A DNA stretch of 63,523 nucleotides, filler included, from Octopus bimaculoides (GCF_001194135.2; 5 parts of 3 records of this genome joined end to end with filler, not necessarily neighbours in it), one strand, 5' to 3'. Shown: positions 26,164 to 40,200, counted from the whole stretch's first letter. The notes: a model not told the origin generated them from the sequence alone. Numbers and translations: made by a program.

Positions 26164-26530
26164 CCACAACTGATGCTTCTAATGTTCAGCTTTTCTCTCA
26201 AGATACTTACACTCTGACGGGTATTCACATTGACATTACACATCCAACGGAGCATACTGGCTTCATTCCTTGCGAGCTTACGTATGTCCTCAGCAGTTAC
26301 AGCCCATGTTTCACTGCCATGTAGCATGGTTGTTCGTACGCATGCGTCATACAGTCTGCCTTTTACTCTGAGTGAGAGTCCCTTTGTCGCCAGCAGGGGT
26401 AAGAGCTCTCTAAACTTTGCCCAGGCTATTCTTATTCTAGCAGCTACACTTTCAGCGCACCCACCCCCACTACTAACTTGGTCGCCCAGATAGCGGAAGC
26501 TATCGACTACCTCTAGTTTTTCACCCTGGA
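26164..26530 (-). mobile_element. Young 5'-truncated RTE LINE (3' end probably in the adjacent N gap)
   Basis: Stop-free frame EKLEVVDSFRYLGDQVSSGGG...RLYDACVRTTMLHGSETWAVTAEDIRKLARNEASMLRWMC, the same family as 19236-21245. Confidence 0.9.
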
Positions 26531-26739
26531 ATAATATAAATAATAAAGGAAGACATCCTCCTTGCATAAATTCTGAAAAACATAATATGGATTATGAGTG
26601 TCTTAATAAAAAAACTTTGTGGTTCATCATCCCCTTTGCAAGTCAAATTAAAAATAACACAATCAAATCTATTTACTGATCAGTACAGGAACATTTAAAT
26701 AAAGATAATAAGTATAGTGAAATTATTAATTCTAAATCT

Positions 26740-27365
26740 ATAAAAGTTGGTCATTCCCTATCAAAAAATCTTTTTGCATTTTATATCCTCAGTTAATAAT
26801 AGAAAATTGGATACTTTTTATAACAGCCGTAACTTAAATAAAAATGATGTTAGGGTAAATTACAATAATAGAAGACATATAACCAATATTAACTTTCTTC
26901 CTAACCCCAATAATAGAAATAATAAAAAATGAAAATAATTCTATTAATAATAATGTTAATATGAATTGAGATTGTAGGATTAAAGAAAATTGTAAACTTA
27001 ATAATAACTGTAAACAGGACAACCAGGTATATAGTTAAATCTGAAAGGAAGGCATACCATTACATAGGCTCAACTGAAACTAGATTTAAACGAAGAATCA
27101 CAAACCATGTAAGTTGTTTTAGAAATAGACATAAAATTAACAATACTAGTCTCAACAAATTTATATGGATGTTAAAGGATAATGGAAACAATTATACAAT
27201 TAAATGGGTGGTTGTAAGCCATGCTGTGGCTTACCATATTTAAGATAGGAAATGTTGTTTATGTACCAAAGAGATTTTTCAAATAATAAAATCTAAACAT
27301 AAATTCTCAAAAAGAGAATATTTTAGCTTGTTGCTACTACTCAAAATGTGTTTTTAGAAAATTTA
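26740..27365 (+). mobile_element. Penelope-like element C-terminal GIY-YIG fragment, decayed
   Basis: With frameshifts reads N*DCRIKENCKLNNNCKQDNQVY...YHYIGSTETRFKRRITNHVSCF...WMLKD...KCCLCTKE, matching CxC-Zn plus VY-YIG endonuclease architecture. Confidence 0.8.
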
Positions 27366-27369
27366 ATTA

Positions 27370-27966
27370 ATTAGTGGATTTATATTAAACTGGAAATTGT
27401 AAGTATAGACATGTTACCACTACTTGTAAGATGTATTTAGAAAATTAATTAATTTAGTAAATTAATAATTAATTGAACTGAAAATTATAAGTATAAATAG
27501 GATATAAAATAAGTATTAAATAAAGCATATAACATCTAAACACAAATTAACTAACTTTGAGAGGATGAATATTTTAATTTGTTGTGATTAACCTAAGCAC
27601 AATTTTAGATTATTAAATAGATAATAAATATAACCAAGCGTTAACCTATTCTAATTTGTTGTGATTAACCTAAATATAATCTAGAAAATTAAATAAATTT
27701 ATTAAATAACTAATGAATTAAACCTAACATTAAAAATACAAACATAATATAATAACTATGGCTTAATTTAAAAATCAAACATAAATTAAAATGATTAGAT
27801 ATAACATTATATAATGATTGAATTTCATTTTAATAATAATATCAAATAATGTCTGAGATAATATAACTACTTTTAATCTAAGCAGGAATATTAACCATGC
27901 ATGGGTAAAAGGCATAAATATAAATAATATATACTACATTACATTATATAATATTTAAATATATGC

Positions 27967-28006
<40 letters not shown>

Positions 28007-28524
28007 ACATTGATATTTACTAATTAACCAAATTATACTTAAAAATTTAAGTATAATTAGTATAATTTAATATAACTGTACTTACAAACCAAACATAAGT
28101 TAAATATAACATAATATAATCATAAATAACATACACTATGTTATGTTATATTATATAATACTTAAAAATCAGTTTACTAATAATATTGAGTATTGATCTC
28201 TATTTATAACATTATACATTTTAATTTAGATATAAATATTATAAATCTATCAATGAAATCAATTTTGATAACATAATACACAAAATAAATCCATGTACTA
28301 ATCATAAATGTATAGAGTAGGCCTAAATATGAATATTAAGTGCCCCATCCCAACATACATCTAAATGTTTAAATATATAATTCTATAATATAACTAGCAA
28401 TAAATATAATTATTAATATAATTACTTTAATAAATAATCACTTAATTAATATATAATTACTTTCAACAATATGCATATTTACTAATAACTAATGAAATAA
28501 CTTTAGAATGAAATATATATATAT
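27370..28524. repeat. Extremely AT-rich low-complexity tract with short internal duplications
   Basis: Very few G/C. TAATTTGTTGTGATTAACCTAA is repeated (about 27575 and 27652). (TAA)n at about 27968. Confidence 0.7.
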
Positions 28525-28624
28525 NNNNNNNNNNNNNNNNNNNNNNNNNNNNNNNNNNNNNNNNNNNNTTAATTAATTAANNNNNNNNNNNNNNNNNNNN
28601 NNNNNNNNNNNNNNNNNNNNNNNN

Positions 28625-28662
<38 letters not shown>

Positions 28663-28869
28663 GCTTCCTAGAATGTAGGAAGATCTTTAAAGCAGATATT
28701 CATATTTCGTAGGAATACTATCAACGAATAGTTATTTCAGTCCGGTGGTTGGGCCACTAGCAGCTGGTCCCCAAACGCATTCTTTGGAAGATAGGTCTTT
28801 GCGCCAGAAATATAAACGGATTCCTAAAAGACTTTCTTCATTGTTGCGATCCTTTGTCATTTCTTACTT

Positions 28870-29015
28870 CATTCATTTAACCACCTTTCGGAAGTGTCTT
28901 CTACTATAGTCTTGGGCCGACCATCGCTTTATGAATGCACGTGTGTGTGTATGTGTGTGTGTGTATGTGTATGTAGATAGATAGATAGAAAGATAGATAG
29001 ATAGATCGATAGATC

Positions 29016-29062
<47 letters not shown>

Positions 29063-29295
29063 GTACATATAGATATACATATGTACGTATATGTATATAC
29101 CTAGGTGTCTGTGTGTTGACCCTCATAACCGTTTGACAACCGTGTTGGTGTATTTGCATTCCTCATACGGCAATGAAGACCCGCAGAATTAATGCTAGGC
29201 TTTAATAAAATAACTCTTGGGTTCTATTTTTTCGACTAAAATCCCTTGAAGTAGGTGCTCCAGAATGGACGCAGTCAAACGACTGAAACAGATAG
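28870..29295 (+). mobile_element. SINE family A copy with (GATA)n centre
   Basis: AAGTGTCTTCTACTATAGTCTTGGGCCGACC...(GATA)n...GTGCTCCAGAATGGACGCAGTCAAACGACTGAAAC. Confidence 0.8.
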
Positions 29296-31074
29296 AAGAT
29301 CAAAAATAATATATATATGTAAACACACACATATATAGCGAGGGAGAGGGAGAGAGAGAGAGAGCGCGAGAAGGGATACATACATGTGTGTATATGTAAT
29401 ATTCATAACAAAGTCAGCAAGATCAATTTTTCTAACTGAGATTGACAAAACATTCACTAAGATTAGATGGAGGTTAGGACATTACCACTACAGTAACAAC
29501 ACAAATGTAAGAAGCCACCTCGACAGTAGGCCAGATATCATTTTATTCAACATTTATCAAACAAATAAGACGGCTTAATGGTCTTTGATAGAAACGGTAT
29601 ATGGATAAACGTGTACGTTTGCGAAGAAAACAGAGAGAAACCCAAAATCACTATCTTATATATATGAAAATGACATAAGTCAGTATCTTAAAAATACACA
29701 TACACAAATGCGGCGGCGCACACACTTACGTATAAGCACTCACACGAACAGACATACACATACTCACAAACACATCTCAGGCATATCTCGGATGAATCCC
29801 AACGCTGGAGCATAAGTTCAGAAGAAATGGAAGTATAGAGAACTAGTCATATGCAAAACCACAATGCAATAACGTCTTATTTCACACACTGAACGGGAAA
29901 CCGTTACGGCACTTGCTGTGTACAAACGTCACTTTCCCAGGAATAGAGATATATCAACAGGTCGGCAGAGTGTCAAACAATTGAATGTCAACACCTTTGC
30001 TTTTTAACTTAATATAACACTCATATGATATGTATTTCTTACGAATTCATTTCTTCAATATATTTCAATTTTAAACGTTTTTTGATGTTCCTGGATATTT
30101 CATGCCATTTTCAGAAATATTACTATCTACGATTAGCAGTAATGGAGCGTTACAGGCTTGGAATGTCGATTTTGGCACAACCTGAATGTTACGTGTTCGT
30201 TTATGTATGATATATGTTGTGCATCAATGAGCTCCTGAAGCCAGATCTTCTTTGTTTGTATATAAATCAACCACAATAATTACAGTGATGAATTCAGGCC
30301 ACTCGACCATTCAAAGCTATCTGGACGTTACGAGCAAATAGGCAGCGAAACCCTTACTCTTCATCGTTAGTAAATTATATAATTGCTGTTGACAGGCCTT
30401 TCGGTAAGACATTACCTGATTTCCGAATTATCTTTATTTTTCAGCTATCTGTGAGGCAATGAAAAAAGGCAGTAAATCTGTAATATGATTCTGCATTCAC
30501 CTGATATGTTCTCTGATTGACAAATCAGTACTAACCCTCACTAATGGTTCTTCTTTCTATTCATAGTACCTTTCCGACATTCCCTTTATATGTAAACTCT
30601 GTAATTCTCTTAGTTTCAAATCGCCATGTCTTTGCACGTTATAAAATTGTATTTCTGTTATTGAAACACAATTATGACATTCACACCTTTTCACTTATTT
30701 TATTTCCAATAAACGATTACAAACGATTTAAGAAATTTCAGAATATAAATTATAGTATATGTAATGTCCATTGGTGAAGGTTTACATATCAATATTTATT
30801 TGTTTGCTGTAGGATTTATAACTGAATGTACTGACTCATATGTGCCTTATTTCGTCTGTCTCAGTTTTGTGCCTACGCACACTAAGCAGATAAAATGTCG
30901 TATATGCCTATCGCAATGCGTCCATATTTATGTGGACAATATTTCAGCAAAACTGGCTCTCCTGGCTTTAATATCGAGGTATGCGTTAGCAAGGAAATCT
31001 AGTAATTTTCCAATAATTCTTCATGAATAGTGATCTTCTGTGACGCATATTTATTTACATGTTGTGTGCAAGTT

Positions 31075-31430
31075 GATTGCGAAGTCACATTACAGCAGCA
31101 CAAGACATGTCTAGCCTCGAGCCAACCAAACCTATGTGAGTGGTTCCGATCGAGGGAAACTGAAAGAAGACTGCCGTATGTATACGTGTATATAAATATG
31201 CCTGTGTATGTGTGTGTGTATGTTTATCCCTCACTACCGGTTGATAACTGGTGCTGTTTTTTATGTCCCCATAACTTAACGGTTCGGCAAAACGAGCCGA
31301 TATAATAAGTACCAGTATTTTTTAAAAAAAAGAATAATGGAGTCGATATTTCTATTAAAATTCTTGAAATGTAGTACTCTAGCATGGCCACAGTATAATG
31401 ACCAAAGCAAGTAATAGAATCAAAAAATAA
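31075..31430 (+). mobile_element. SINE family A copy
   Basis: CTAGCCTCGAGCCAACCAAACC...GGAAACTGAAAGAAG...CTCTAGCATGGCCACAGT. Confidence 0.75.
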
Positions 31431-32947
31431 AAGAATATATATGCATGTGTGTATGTACGTATACATGCATATATGTGAATATATATTTAGAGAGAGAGGG
31501 GGGAGAGAGAGAGGCAGATAGACAGAGAGGCAGAGAGAGATAGAGAGAGAAAGAGCTATGTGCTTTTCAAACTAAATATTATTAATATAAACTCTACACG
31601 TTTGTAAGATAAATGTTAAAATAGAGTAACCATATTTTGTAATTGTATTTAGTTCTGCATTTTCTTCTGTTAGTCATCGTAATTTTGCCTCGATTATTTT
31701 CTTTTATTTGCATAATACCAATAATTTAGTTTCATTTTAATAATTATGGATCTGAATAACTGCACAGTTTCTCGACAAATTCGAAACATTACATAATACA
31801 ATAAAATACAAAACGATTGTTTGTTGGATAACAGACTCAGATTTCATGTGGAAAAAATTTGATCTAAAAAGTGCACCAAGTCTGGCTTAATAATTTAAGA
31901 AAATTGCTTTAAGAATTATTTAAAATTTTAGTAACATTTTTTAATATTCTTTTATTTTTTCTGTTGGAAAGAAATCAGATAAAATTCACATAATTGCCAA
32001 AAACAGAAATTGATTTTTCAGTATTACACAAATCATCTTAATTAGACGCAACTTTTATATAATATTTGTCAGAAAAAGATATAAAAACCCTTGAGGACAT
32101 ATAATAATTTATCTGTCTATCCATCTATCGATCTACGTCTAATCTATATCACTTGATCACTCTCTCTCTTTCTCTCTCTCACTCTTTCCCTATTGTTCAC
32201 TTACTTATTCACTCTGTTTATATTTCTATCTCTGTCTATCTTCTGTCTGTCTTTCTCAAATAATAATTTTATCTATGTGTAATCATTTGTTAACATACCT
32301 ATTTCCAAGTGTTTACTTCGTTAATCTTTCAGTTAATCACTCTCTAATACACATTCTGTCTTATCAACATATTATAAGCGCTATTTTAATTATTCCTCTA
32401 GGACTAATGATAACATTTTAATCACACAATTTCGTTCCCTTGACGACAAATAGGAAATGAAAATACAAACAGTAAATAACATTTAAAGATTTCCAAGTGT
32501 TTTTAAATAATTGCATATATAGGCATACAGTTATTGATGAAAATAAATGCACGTACGAAACTCAGGTTATCAGACATATAAACACATTTATATTGGGAAC
32601 AGCTATATTAGATTAAATCATTTATTTAAATATGCATGATAGGAAATACATACACGCACTAATATACACTGTGTGTGTTTATAAGTATACAATGTATATA
32701 TATATACATATATAATTACAGTCATATATAACGTATATACAGCTCCTGAAAGATTGCTTTAAGACACATGGCGCACTTTATAAATATGCCTGTTCAAGTA
32801 TCATAAAATCATGAAAATATTAGTAGCTCTTTCGATTGTGCACTTCATTTTGTATGTGTGTGTAGATAGAAAGATAGCCTAGGAACTATTCGGAGCCTTT
32901 ATTTTGCCTACGCTGACATAGATACTGTTTAATATTTTTACTTGCCA

Positions 32948-33402
32948 AAGGCGGCGTACTGGCAGAAACCTTAGCACGCCGGGCGAAATGTTACGTATTT
33001 CGTCTATCTTAACGATCTGAGTTCAAATTCCGTCGACTTTGATTTTCATCCTTTCGGGGTCGATAGATTAAGTACCAGGAGCGTAATGGAGTCGATCTAA
33101 TCGACTGGCTCCCATCCCCCCAAAATTCCGGCCTTTCTGCCTGGAGTAGAAAAGAACATTTTTATCTGTCAAAGGCAGCGTGCTGGCAGAAACCTGAGCA
33201 CACCGGGCAAAATGCTTAGCGATATTTTGTCTGTATTTATGTTCTAAGATCAAATTCCGCAGAGGTTAACTTTGCCTCTTTATCCTTTCGGGTCGATAAA
33301 TTAAGTACTAGTGGCGTACTGGGGTAGATCTAATCGACTGTACCCCTCCTTTATAATTTCGGGCCTTGTGTCTAGAGTAGAAAAGAATACATTTTTATCT
33401 GT
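32948..33402 (+). mobile_element. Two tandem family B SINEs (about 230-bp tandem unit)
   Basis: Heads at 32948 and about 33172. Both units end in GAGTAGAAAAGAA(TA)CATTTTTATCTGT. Confidence 0.8.
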
Positions 33403-33750
33403 TAGCCTGTATAAAAGCTATAATATTCTGAACAGAATGAGCATTTACATGGCTTCGGTCCCAGGTTGGGAAAATAGAGGAATGTATATTCACACAGAAA
33501 CGTGGCTCGAATGCTTACAACAAAGTTGATGACACTAAATTTAAGAAAATTTCTTCATAGTATTTTAAAACTAGGTGACGGTTTAAGTCTATGAATCCCG
33601 TAGTTAATAGTGGGATTTGAAAAATTACGACACGTTATGTTGCTAGACATTCTGACAGATCCACTAATATAGTGCTTTGCACTGGTAATTTTTTCATCTA
33701 CAACGAAGGAGCGAAACAACTATGCTACGTTCAGTATTTATATGTATATG

Positions 33751-33965
33751 AGGCGGCGATCTGGCAGAATCGTTATCATACCGGAGAAAATGCTTAACGG
33801 CTTTCCACACATTTTGTATGTTCTGAGTTCAAATTCCATTGATGCTGACTTTGCCTTTCGTCATATAAGGGTCAACAAAATAAGTACCAATTGAATACTG
33901 GTGTCCGAAAAGGCAACTAAGACCCTCTCCCTAAATTTCTGGCCTTGTGTCGCAATTTAAAATCA
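33751..33965 (+). mobile_element. SINE family B copy
   Basis: AGGCGGCGATCTGGCAGAATCGTTATC...GAGTTCAAATTCC. Confidence 0.8.
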
Positions 33966-34774
33966 ATATTAGTCTGTTCATGTATTAATTCTTTTACCGT
34001 ATTTCAAATTTTACGTCATTTCGCTCCCAATCTTTTACCTACCCAAGTGTTCCATCATTTTATTCGGCCTATAATTCCGATGATGTTTCAGAAAGTTTTA
34101 GCGTGAGTTCTTTCAAATATATGAAATTTAGTGACAAATATTTACTTCGTAACATATTCTGTTCACTCAGCAACTTAGAAATTTGCTCTATTTTCACAGA
34201 AATTTCTGCTTTCCTACTTGTCTGAATCAGCGGTTTTATAGTTTGCTACTTTTTAAATTTTATAACAGTTTTATTTAAAATGTTATTTATTATGTTATTG
34301 CGATATCCGCACCAACTGCCCCACCTTAATCGAACTTCAGCACTATCATTATCGACGTTGTTTTTCACAATTTAAAGCGTGCTCCGACTGAAGCACCAGT
34401 TCTACCAAAGTGTTGTTGAAATATATTGCAGTGCCCTCTTGTATTAAATGTACTAAAATGCGTCATATGTTTGCCTCCTTATGAGATTCAGCACTTTGTT
34501 TTTCAAATTGTTTAAATATTTCATATGTTTGTATGTAAATGTTTTTGTTTTTTTTTTATTTGATGGTGTATGTGTTCTGAACGCGTGTATCAGTTTCTTT
34601 AATTGCAATTTAATGTGTTGTTGTTTTTCTGTTGAAAATACATTGTGAGTTGAGTTATATTATACAGTGGTATTTGTGTCGTGATAGTAACATTGTTTGG
34701 GATATTTTAAACAAGTATTGTTGATTTTATTTTATCCTTAACGATAAAAAATATTTTTTTGCTTCAAATTTTAC

Positions 34775-35558
34775 CACAACACCCGGAATTTTGAGGAGAT
34801 GAGGCTAGTACCTTATTTGATTGATCCAGAAGTAATGAGTGGCACATATAACATCGGTAGGATTTGAACTTAGAACGTAAGGAGCCGGATATATGGTCCG
34901 ATGAGCTTAAGTGTCTACCAGCTTACTGACATAATAATAATTAATTCTCCTATATACACAAGACATGAAATCTTGGTTAGCGTGTCTAGTAGATTACGTA
35001 GCTGCAGCTCTCAACCGGTGCTTACTTTATCGACAGCGAACGGAAGAATGGTGTAATTTGAACTCAGAACGTAAGCTCTATAGAAATATTGGTTTAAAAT
35101 TTTGGCACAAAGCAAGTAAGTTCTGCGCAATTTGTATGTAGATTGCATTGACCCCAGTGCTCAATTGAAAAATTATTTTATCGAATCGGAAAAGATGAAC
35201 TGTAAAATAAACCTCGGCGAAATTAGAACTCAAAAACTTAAGACGGAAGAAAAGCCGCTAAGCATTTTGTCCGGCGAGCTAACGATACAGACAACTCCCC
35301 ACCGTGATGATGATGATGATGACGATGACGACGACGACGCCGCCGCTTTCTGCTATAGACAACACGCCTAAAATTTTGGGGGAGGGGGCTAGTAGATTAC
35401 TTTCACCGCAGTATTTCACTGATACTTAATTTATCAACTCCGAATGAATGAAAACCAAAGTTGGCTTAGGCGGAATTTGAACTCAGGACGCAGCAAAGGG
35501 CCATATACCACCAAGCATTTTGTCCAACGAGCTAATGATTCTACCAGCTCGCCGCCTT
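34775..35558 (-). mobile_element. Cluster of about four minus-strand family B SINEs
   Basis: Repeated GGA(A)TTTGAACT(C/T)AG(A/G)ACG at about 34860, 35055, 35220 and 35473. The last ends CTACCAGCTCGCCGCCTT. Confidence 0.75.
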
Positions 35559-35595
35559 AATAATAATACTAATAATAGTAATAATAATAATAATG

Positions 35596-35635
<40 letters not shown>

Positions 35636-35636
35636 T

Positions 35637-36895
35637 TTCAGTTATTAGCCACTGGGACCGACATATAGGGGACGATAGAGTAGATAGGGACAGTGGCGAT
35701 TTCACACAGAAACAACGCATACACAATTGAGACAATAACAATTATATCCAACAAAAGAATATAACAAGAAAGTTTCCCAATAGCAGGATACCCACCGGAA
35801 GTTGGGTGAGGTACCCCACCAATCTTCAACCACTCGACGCTTCGAGGGCATCTGGGAAGAGCACCCTTCTCCTTCTCAAATACACTAGACTACAGGCGCA
35901 TTATTAGAGTAGGTCCATTCACACGTGCCATTTTCGCTACAATCACCCACCTTTTAGCAAATGTACTGAGAGGCAGCACTTCTCTCTCCACCCTCATCTT
36001 CGTTTCCAAATGAAATTTGAAAAAGTTGATGAGTGATTGGCCGAAGAGAAAAGTGTCTGTCTTCAGTCCTTTCAACCTGATCCACCATAAGACTTCTTTC
36101 GCTACTGAGGAAAATTGCCTGTCCCTCCGGACCAAGAGAAAGAGGCGGTTTGATGTTCATTATGGTCTCGGCTGATAGCCGGATCCGTCCTACACGTGAT
36201 AGCAGCTGTTCAACATAACTCCACAAGTCAGTAATGCAAGGAAACTGGACGAGGTGCATGCAGAAGGTTTCGCGTTTGCGCGCATCTCGGGCAGGTCCGT
36301 CTGACAGCACTTCCGTACCTGTAGAATTTACCTCGAGCCGGCAGTGCCCCCAGGAAGCGTGGTCAAGCTACGGATTTCTGGAAGTTATACATCATCTCCG
36401 GATCGAAAGTCCTCCGGAGCACTGGTTAGTTCGATTTTAACACCTAGCGTCTCTCCAAGTGCGTCATTGCTCTATCCCTCCACTAACCCCCTATAGAACT
36501 CACGAGTAGATTGTTCCACTGATGGCATTGCCCGCCTGGAAGAGAGCAGTGAGTGCCTGGCAACATTTCAGTAGCCAGTCACTCTTCCTCGGTCCCTTCT
36601 TGACCAAGGACTGCAGCTCAGTTAAGGTGATGAGCTGTGGGAAGGCCTGTTTGAGAAACGGCGACCACACCTCTTCACCGTTTAGGCAGAATATGTGGAG
36701 ATGCCGCAGCCTCAGCGCATGTCTGCGCATCATTAGCCACGGCATGCCCAGCCCTCCGCGTAGAGGGTGTTGGCAGCAGATGGACTGCCTCACCAATGGA
36801 ACCACTCCCCTCCACAGGAATTTGAAGAGGAGGCGTTCTAAATTGGCGAGGCGCGATCGGGCACGAGCAACGATGGTCAAGCGGTAGCAGATGAC
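35637..36895 (-). mobile_element. L1/Tx1-clade LINE 3' fragment with (AAT)n tail
   Basis: Minus ORF LERLLFKFLWRGVVPLVRQSICCQHPLRGGLGMP (Tx1-type RT C-terminus), a CCHC-like region CMH..LVQFPCITDLW, then a 3' UTR running into (AAT)n at about 35560-35635. Confidence 0.85.
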
Positions 36896-38818
36896 GTAGA
36901 ATAAAATAATTATTGCTAAAAGAAAACTAGTCCTGGATATATATATTATGTCTAACTAATGTTAACACAGGTCATTGCGAATTATACTTACATTTGTTAC
37001 GTCCGATATTCGATAAAGAAACACTAACTGTCTTTCTTGTTTTGCTTGACAAATATGTGGCTGATGAAACTTGTTATATTTCTGCGTATATTAACATATA
37101 TTAATATATAGTTACGATAATTTCTCTTGGCCTTTTATAACTCTAGCATACCACCCCCTTACTTAAATCCCCTCAACTGTGTCATACCCATATATACATT
37201 TTCTCTTTTGTTTGTCTTGGAATCAGTTACGATGTAGGTAATCTTTTTCCGTCCACATCTCCCCTCATGTTGCTTTATGAAATCTGTTTAGTGATTTCCA
37301 AAGGTATCATTTTAATCCAGAAATGCATTGTGATCCCGAGAGATTTCTTCAATCTCATCTGTAGGTCCTTCAATTTTCAGCTACGGCATCTATTTTAACA
37401 TGTCAAATATAACAAAACACTGGCCATACAGATGCCTATCTTCTCTTCGATATTTTATGCATACAGTGACTAAAAGCTTGGTTTAAATTTACTTTATATT
37501 CTTTTTTTTTCAAAATATTTTTCCATCGGTACTCGTTTTACTTTATATCACCCTTTAATCAGATCCAATATTTTGTGCTTTTGATTTCGTTTAAGACAGA
37601 AACACAATCCTTTTTTTATATTCTCTTCCTCTTTAGTAACAATTTATTTGAGCATTCTATAATTCCGAATCATATGATGAACTTTATATTTTTTTTTTAT
37701 TAATGTACATCCTATATTACAAAATAATTGTTTAGTTGCATAAAGGTATAAGTTTATCGTAAAAGTAATTATTTTGTAATACATCTTTGTAGTATATTCT
37801 AAATAAAGTCATTATTTTGCTGTCTAATGTTGCTTCATTGTTTTGCGTTGATTGAGAATATTCTAACTGTAACTTATTACTGCGTCAGATAAAGTATTCA
37901 TGCCTCTTGCAGTATTATTTTTATATAAAACTCCTTCAAACATTAATATTTAGCCTATGATATTCCCTCCCAAGCGTTTTCTCTCATGTTTGTGTTCTAC
38001 GCTATCTAATTATCTGTTTTCTGACTATTTGTGTATGTGCTTGATGTTGTACTTTCATCTGTCATGATAAGAATTTTTTTTAGCTAATTTTCTTCTCTGG
38101 AAAGAGAGACATAGTGCATTTCCCTAATCTGAATTTCATCAATTTCTCTGTAAAATTTATGTAGTTTCTATTTGTGCTTTCCTTCTTATTTCCACTCTAC
38201 AACTTCAGGCTACACACATAGGAAATAGGAACAATTGATGTTCCATAGCATGTGTATGGTATGTCTAAAACATTTTAATTTTCTGCTAAGTGCCTTTGCT
38301 TTACATCATGAGTGAATAATTACAAGGATTATCCCTGGAAACATCATCTTCTAATGGAGACTAGGCCTGATTACACACTTTGCATTTTATACTCTATGAA
38401 CATAATTATTTGTCATTTCCTCTTAAAATAGGTTTTAAATTTGATATTGGATTGTTTCTATTTTACTCATTATCAAAGGAAAATTAATACCATTTCCTCT
38501 TTAATGTACTGGATCAGTTAAAGTTGTGGCAGCAGCGACGTTGAAGAAGATGATAGTATATGAGTTGGTAGAGCGCCAGAAATGTGGTAGCATTTGTTAC
38601 CAGCAAAGATAGTGTTGGTTACCGACAGATACTATGTGACTACCACCATATGTCTACCAGCATTTTATTTGTGTATATTTTTCCTTATTCATGAAGCTAT
38701 TGTAATGTGAAATAAAATTTGATATAAACACTAAAATATGCGCAGTACTTTAAGGATTTCATGTTTGATATGGCAAGTTACAACATAATCTGAAATATAG
38801 GAATTTACTCTCTCTCGT

Positions 38819-38850
<32 letters not shown>

Positions 38851-39022
38851 CTGTGTGCATGTGAATGTATGTGTGTACTAACGTATTTTGCATAAAACAG
38901 AAATTAGTTAAACTTTTATGTTTTAAAATAAATTTCCTTTGGTTTTATTTTCTTTGCATTATATTTCAAGAAGGAAGCTAATATTCGAAATATAAAGACT
39001 GCGAGTTGCAATATAACAACAA

Positions 39023-39062
<40 letters not shown>

Positions 39063-39959
39063 AATAATAATAATAATATATTTCACTCACATAGTTCCCG
39101 ATTTTTTTGTCTTATCATAGAAAACATCGATTATCTGTGTTTTCTTAGCAGCGTTGGTAGTTCTTGTTGAGAAAACAACAAAGAATTTATTAGATTTTGC
39201 TCGACTTAAATGTGTGCTTTTATAGTTGCCAATGGTTTAACGCATATGTGCACAATAGTTGGACAGACTTTCCGTAAATATCAACAAACAAGTATCTGTT
39301 AAAGTCTCTCTACTTTGTCTGGTAATGACTTTTCCTTTTTTTGTCATTCGAGTTGCAATAGTGGTAATAGTAATGATAGGAGATATGTCAGTTACTTGTT
39401 TGTTGTATGTAGTGAAGGTAGTGGTGGAAAAAGCACTGCTAGATTTGCATTGCATGTGGTTTTGCTTTGCTTAATTGTATTGTTTATTATCACCATTGCC
39501 CGCTGTTTCGGCAGAATGCCCAATGAAATGGGATACAATTTCTTGAGAAGACGAGAATTCTAACCTTCATTCCAGATAGAAATGCAGTTATGAAGTAGCC
39601 CTTTATAGAGTTAAATTGCGCAAGGGCGGGTCAGATTTTAGTGCAACAAGGATGATGCGAATATTACTATATGTAAGCAAAGATAGTCACGATTCTCTTG
39701 TCGTATAGTTTGATTGATATATTTTCTCATGCACGACGAATTAACATGTCAATATCTCTTCAGTTCAACATGGATTAGGGCAATTCCGGATTCCCTAAAT
39801 TTATTATGTTTACAATTACCACATACTGTAACTAATATGTGAAAATGAAAATCTACTCGAAATGTAGATAAAACTGAAACGATCGTAGCTCTGTTTAAAG
39901 TGTTTGTCTCCTAACGACATGATTCCGGGTACAGAAGCTCATCATTGCACATGGTTATG

Positions 39960-40200
39960 TGCCTTTATATTGATGATTCTAACCACGTGTGTATCGTTGG
40001 CGATATCCTTTCTCTGTCTTCCCTTCTTTGGACGTTTCCTGTAATTCTGACGAAGAGCTCCGCTCGAAACGTCGAATCTTCTTTCTTTTTCTTCCTTTCC
40101 TGAGCGTCTAATAACACTACTTATTCCACGTCCTTACGTTGGTGTTTTTTCATGATTTTTCGTGTTTTGTCTTGCTTGTTCATGTTTGAATCGACTATAT
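39960..40200 (+). mobile_element. Probable PLE pseudo-LTR remnant
   Basis: Pyrimidine-rich segment carrying a hammerhead motif. Similar context to 14773-14960 on the minus strand. Confidence 0.55.
40043..40078 (+). ncRNA. Minimal hammerhead ribozyme motif
   Basis: AAUU-CUGACGA-A-GAGC(UCC)GCUC-GAAA-CG-UC-GAAUC: intact core and palindromic ACGU stem III, but weak stem I. Confidence 0.65.

Noticed and set aside
25343-26567. 270-400 aa ORFs in the track (also 41709-42549 and 61636-62367)
   Set aside because: They consist mostly of X from N gaps. Only the RTE portion at 26164-26530 is real.
26968-26970. In-frame TGA at the first Cys position of the PLE CxC motif (N-TGA-D-C-R), suggestive of selenocysteine recoding as reported for some PLE clades
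   Set aside because: The copy has other stops and frameshifts, the endonuclease is C-terminal type, and no SECIS was recognised. A TGT-to-TGA nonsense mutation is simpler. It would be revived only if the family consensus has TGA.
32948-35558. Recurring similar units as a CRISPR-like array
   Set aside because: The units are dispersed, diverged SINE copies of about 200 bp in both orientations in a eukaryotic context, with no repeat-spacer periodicity or cas genes.
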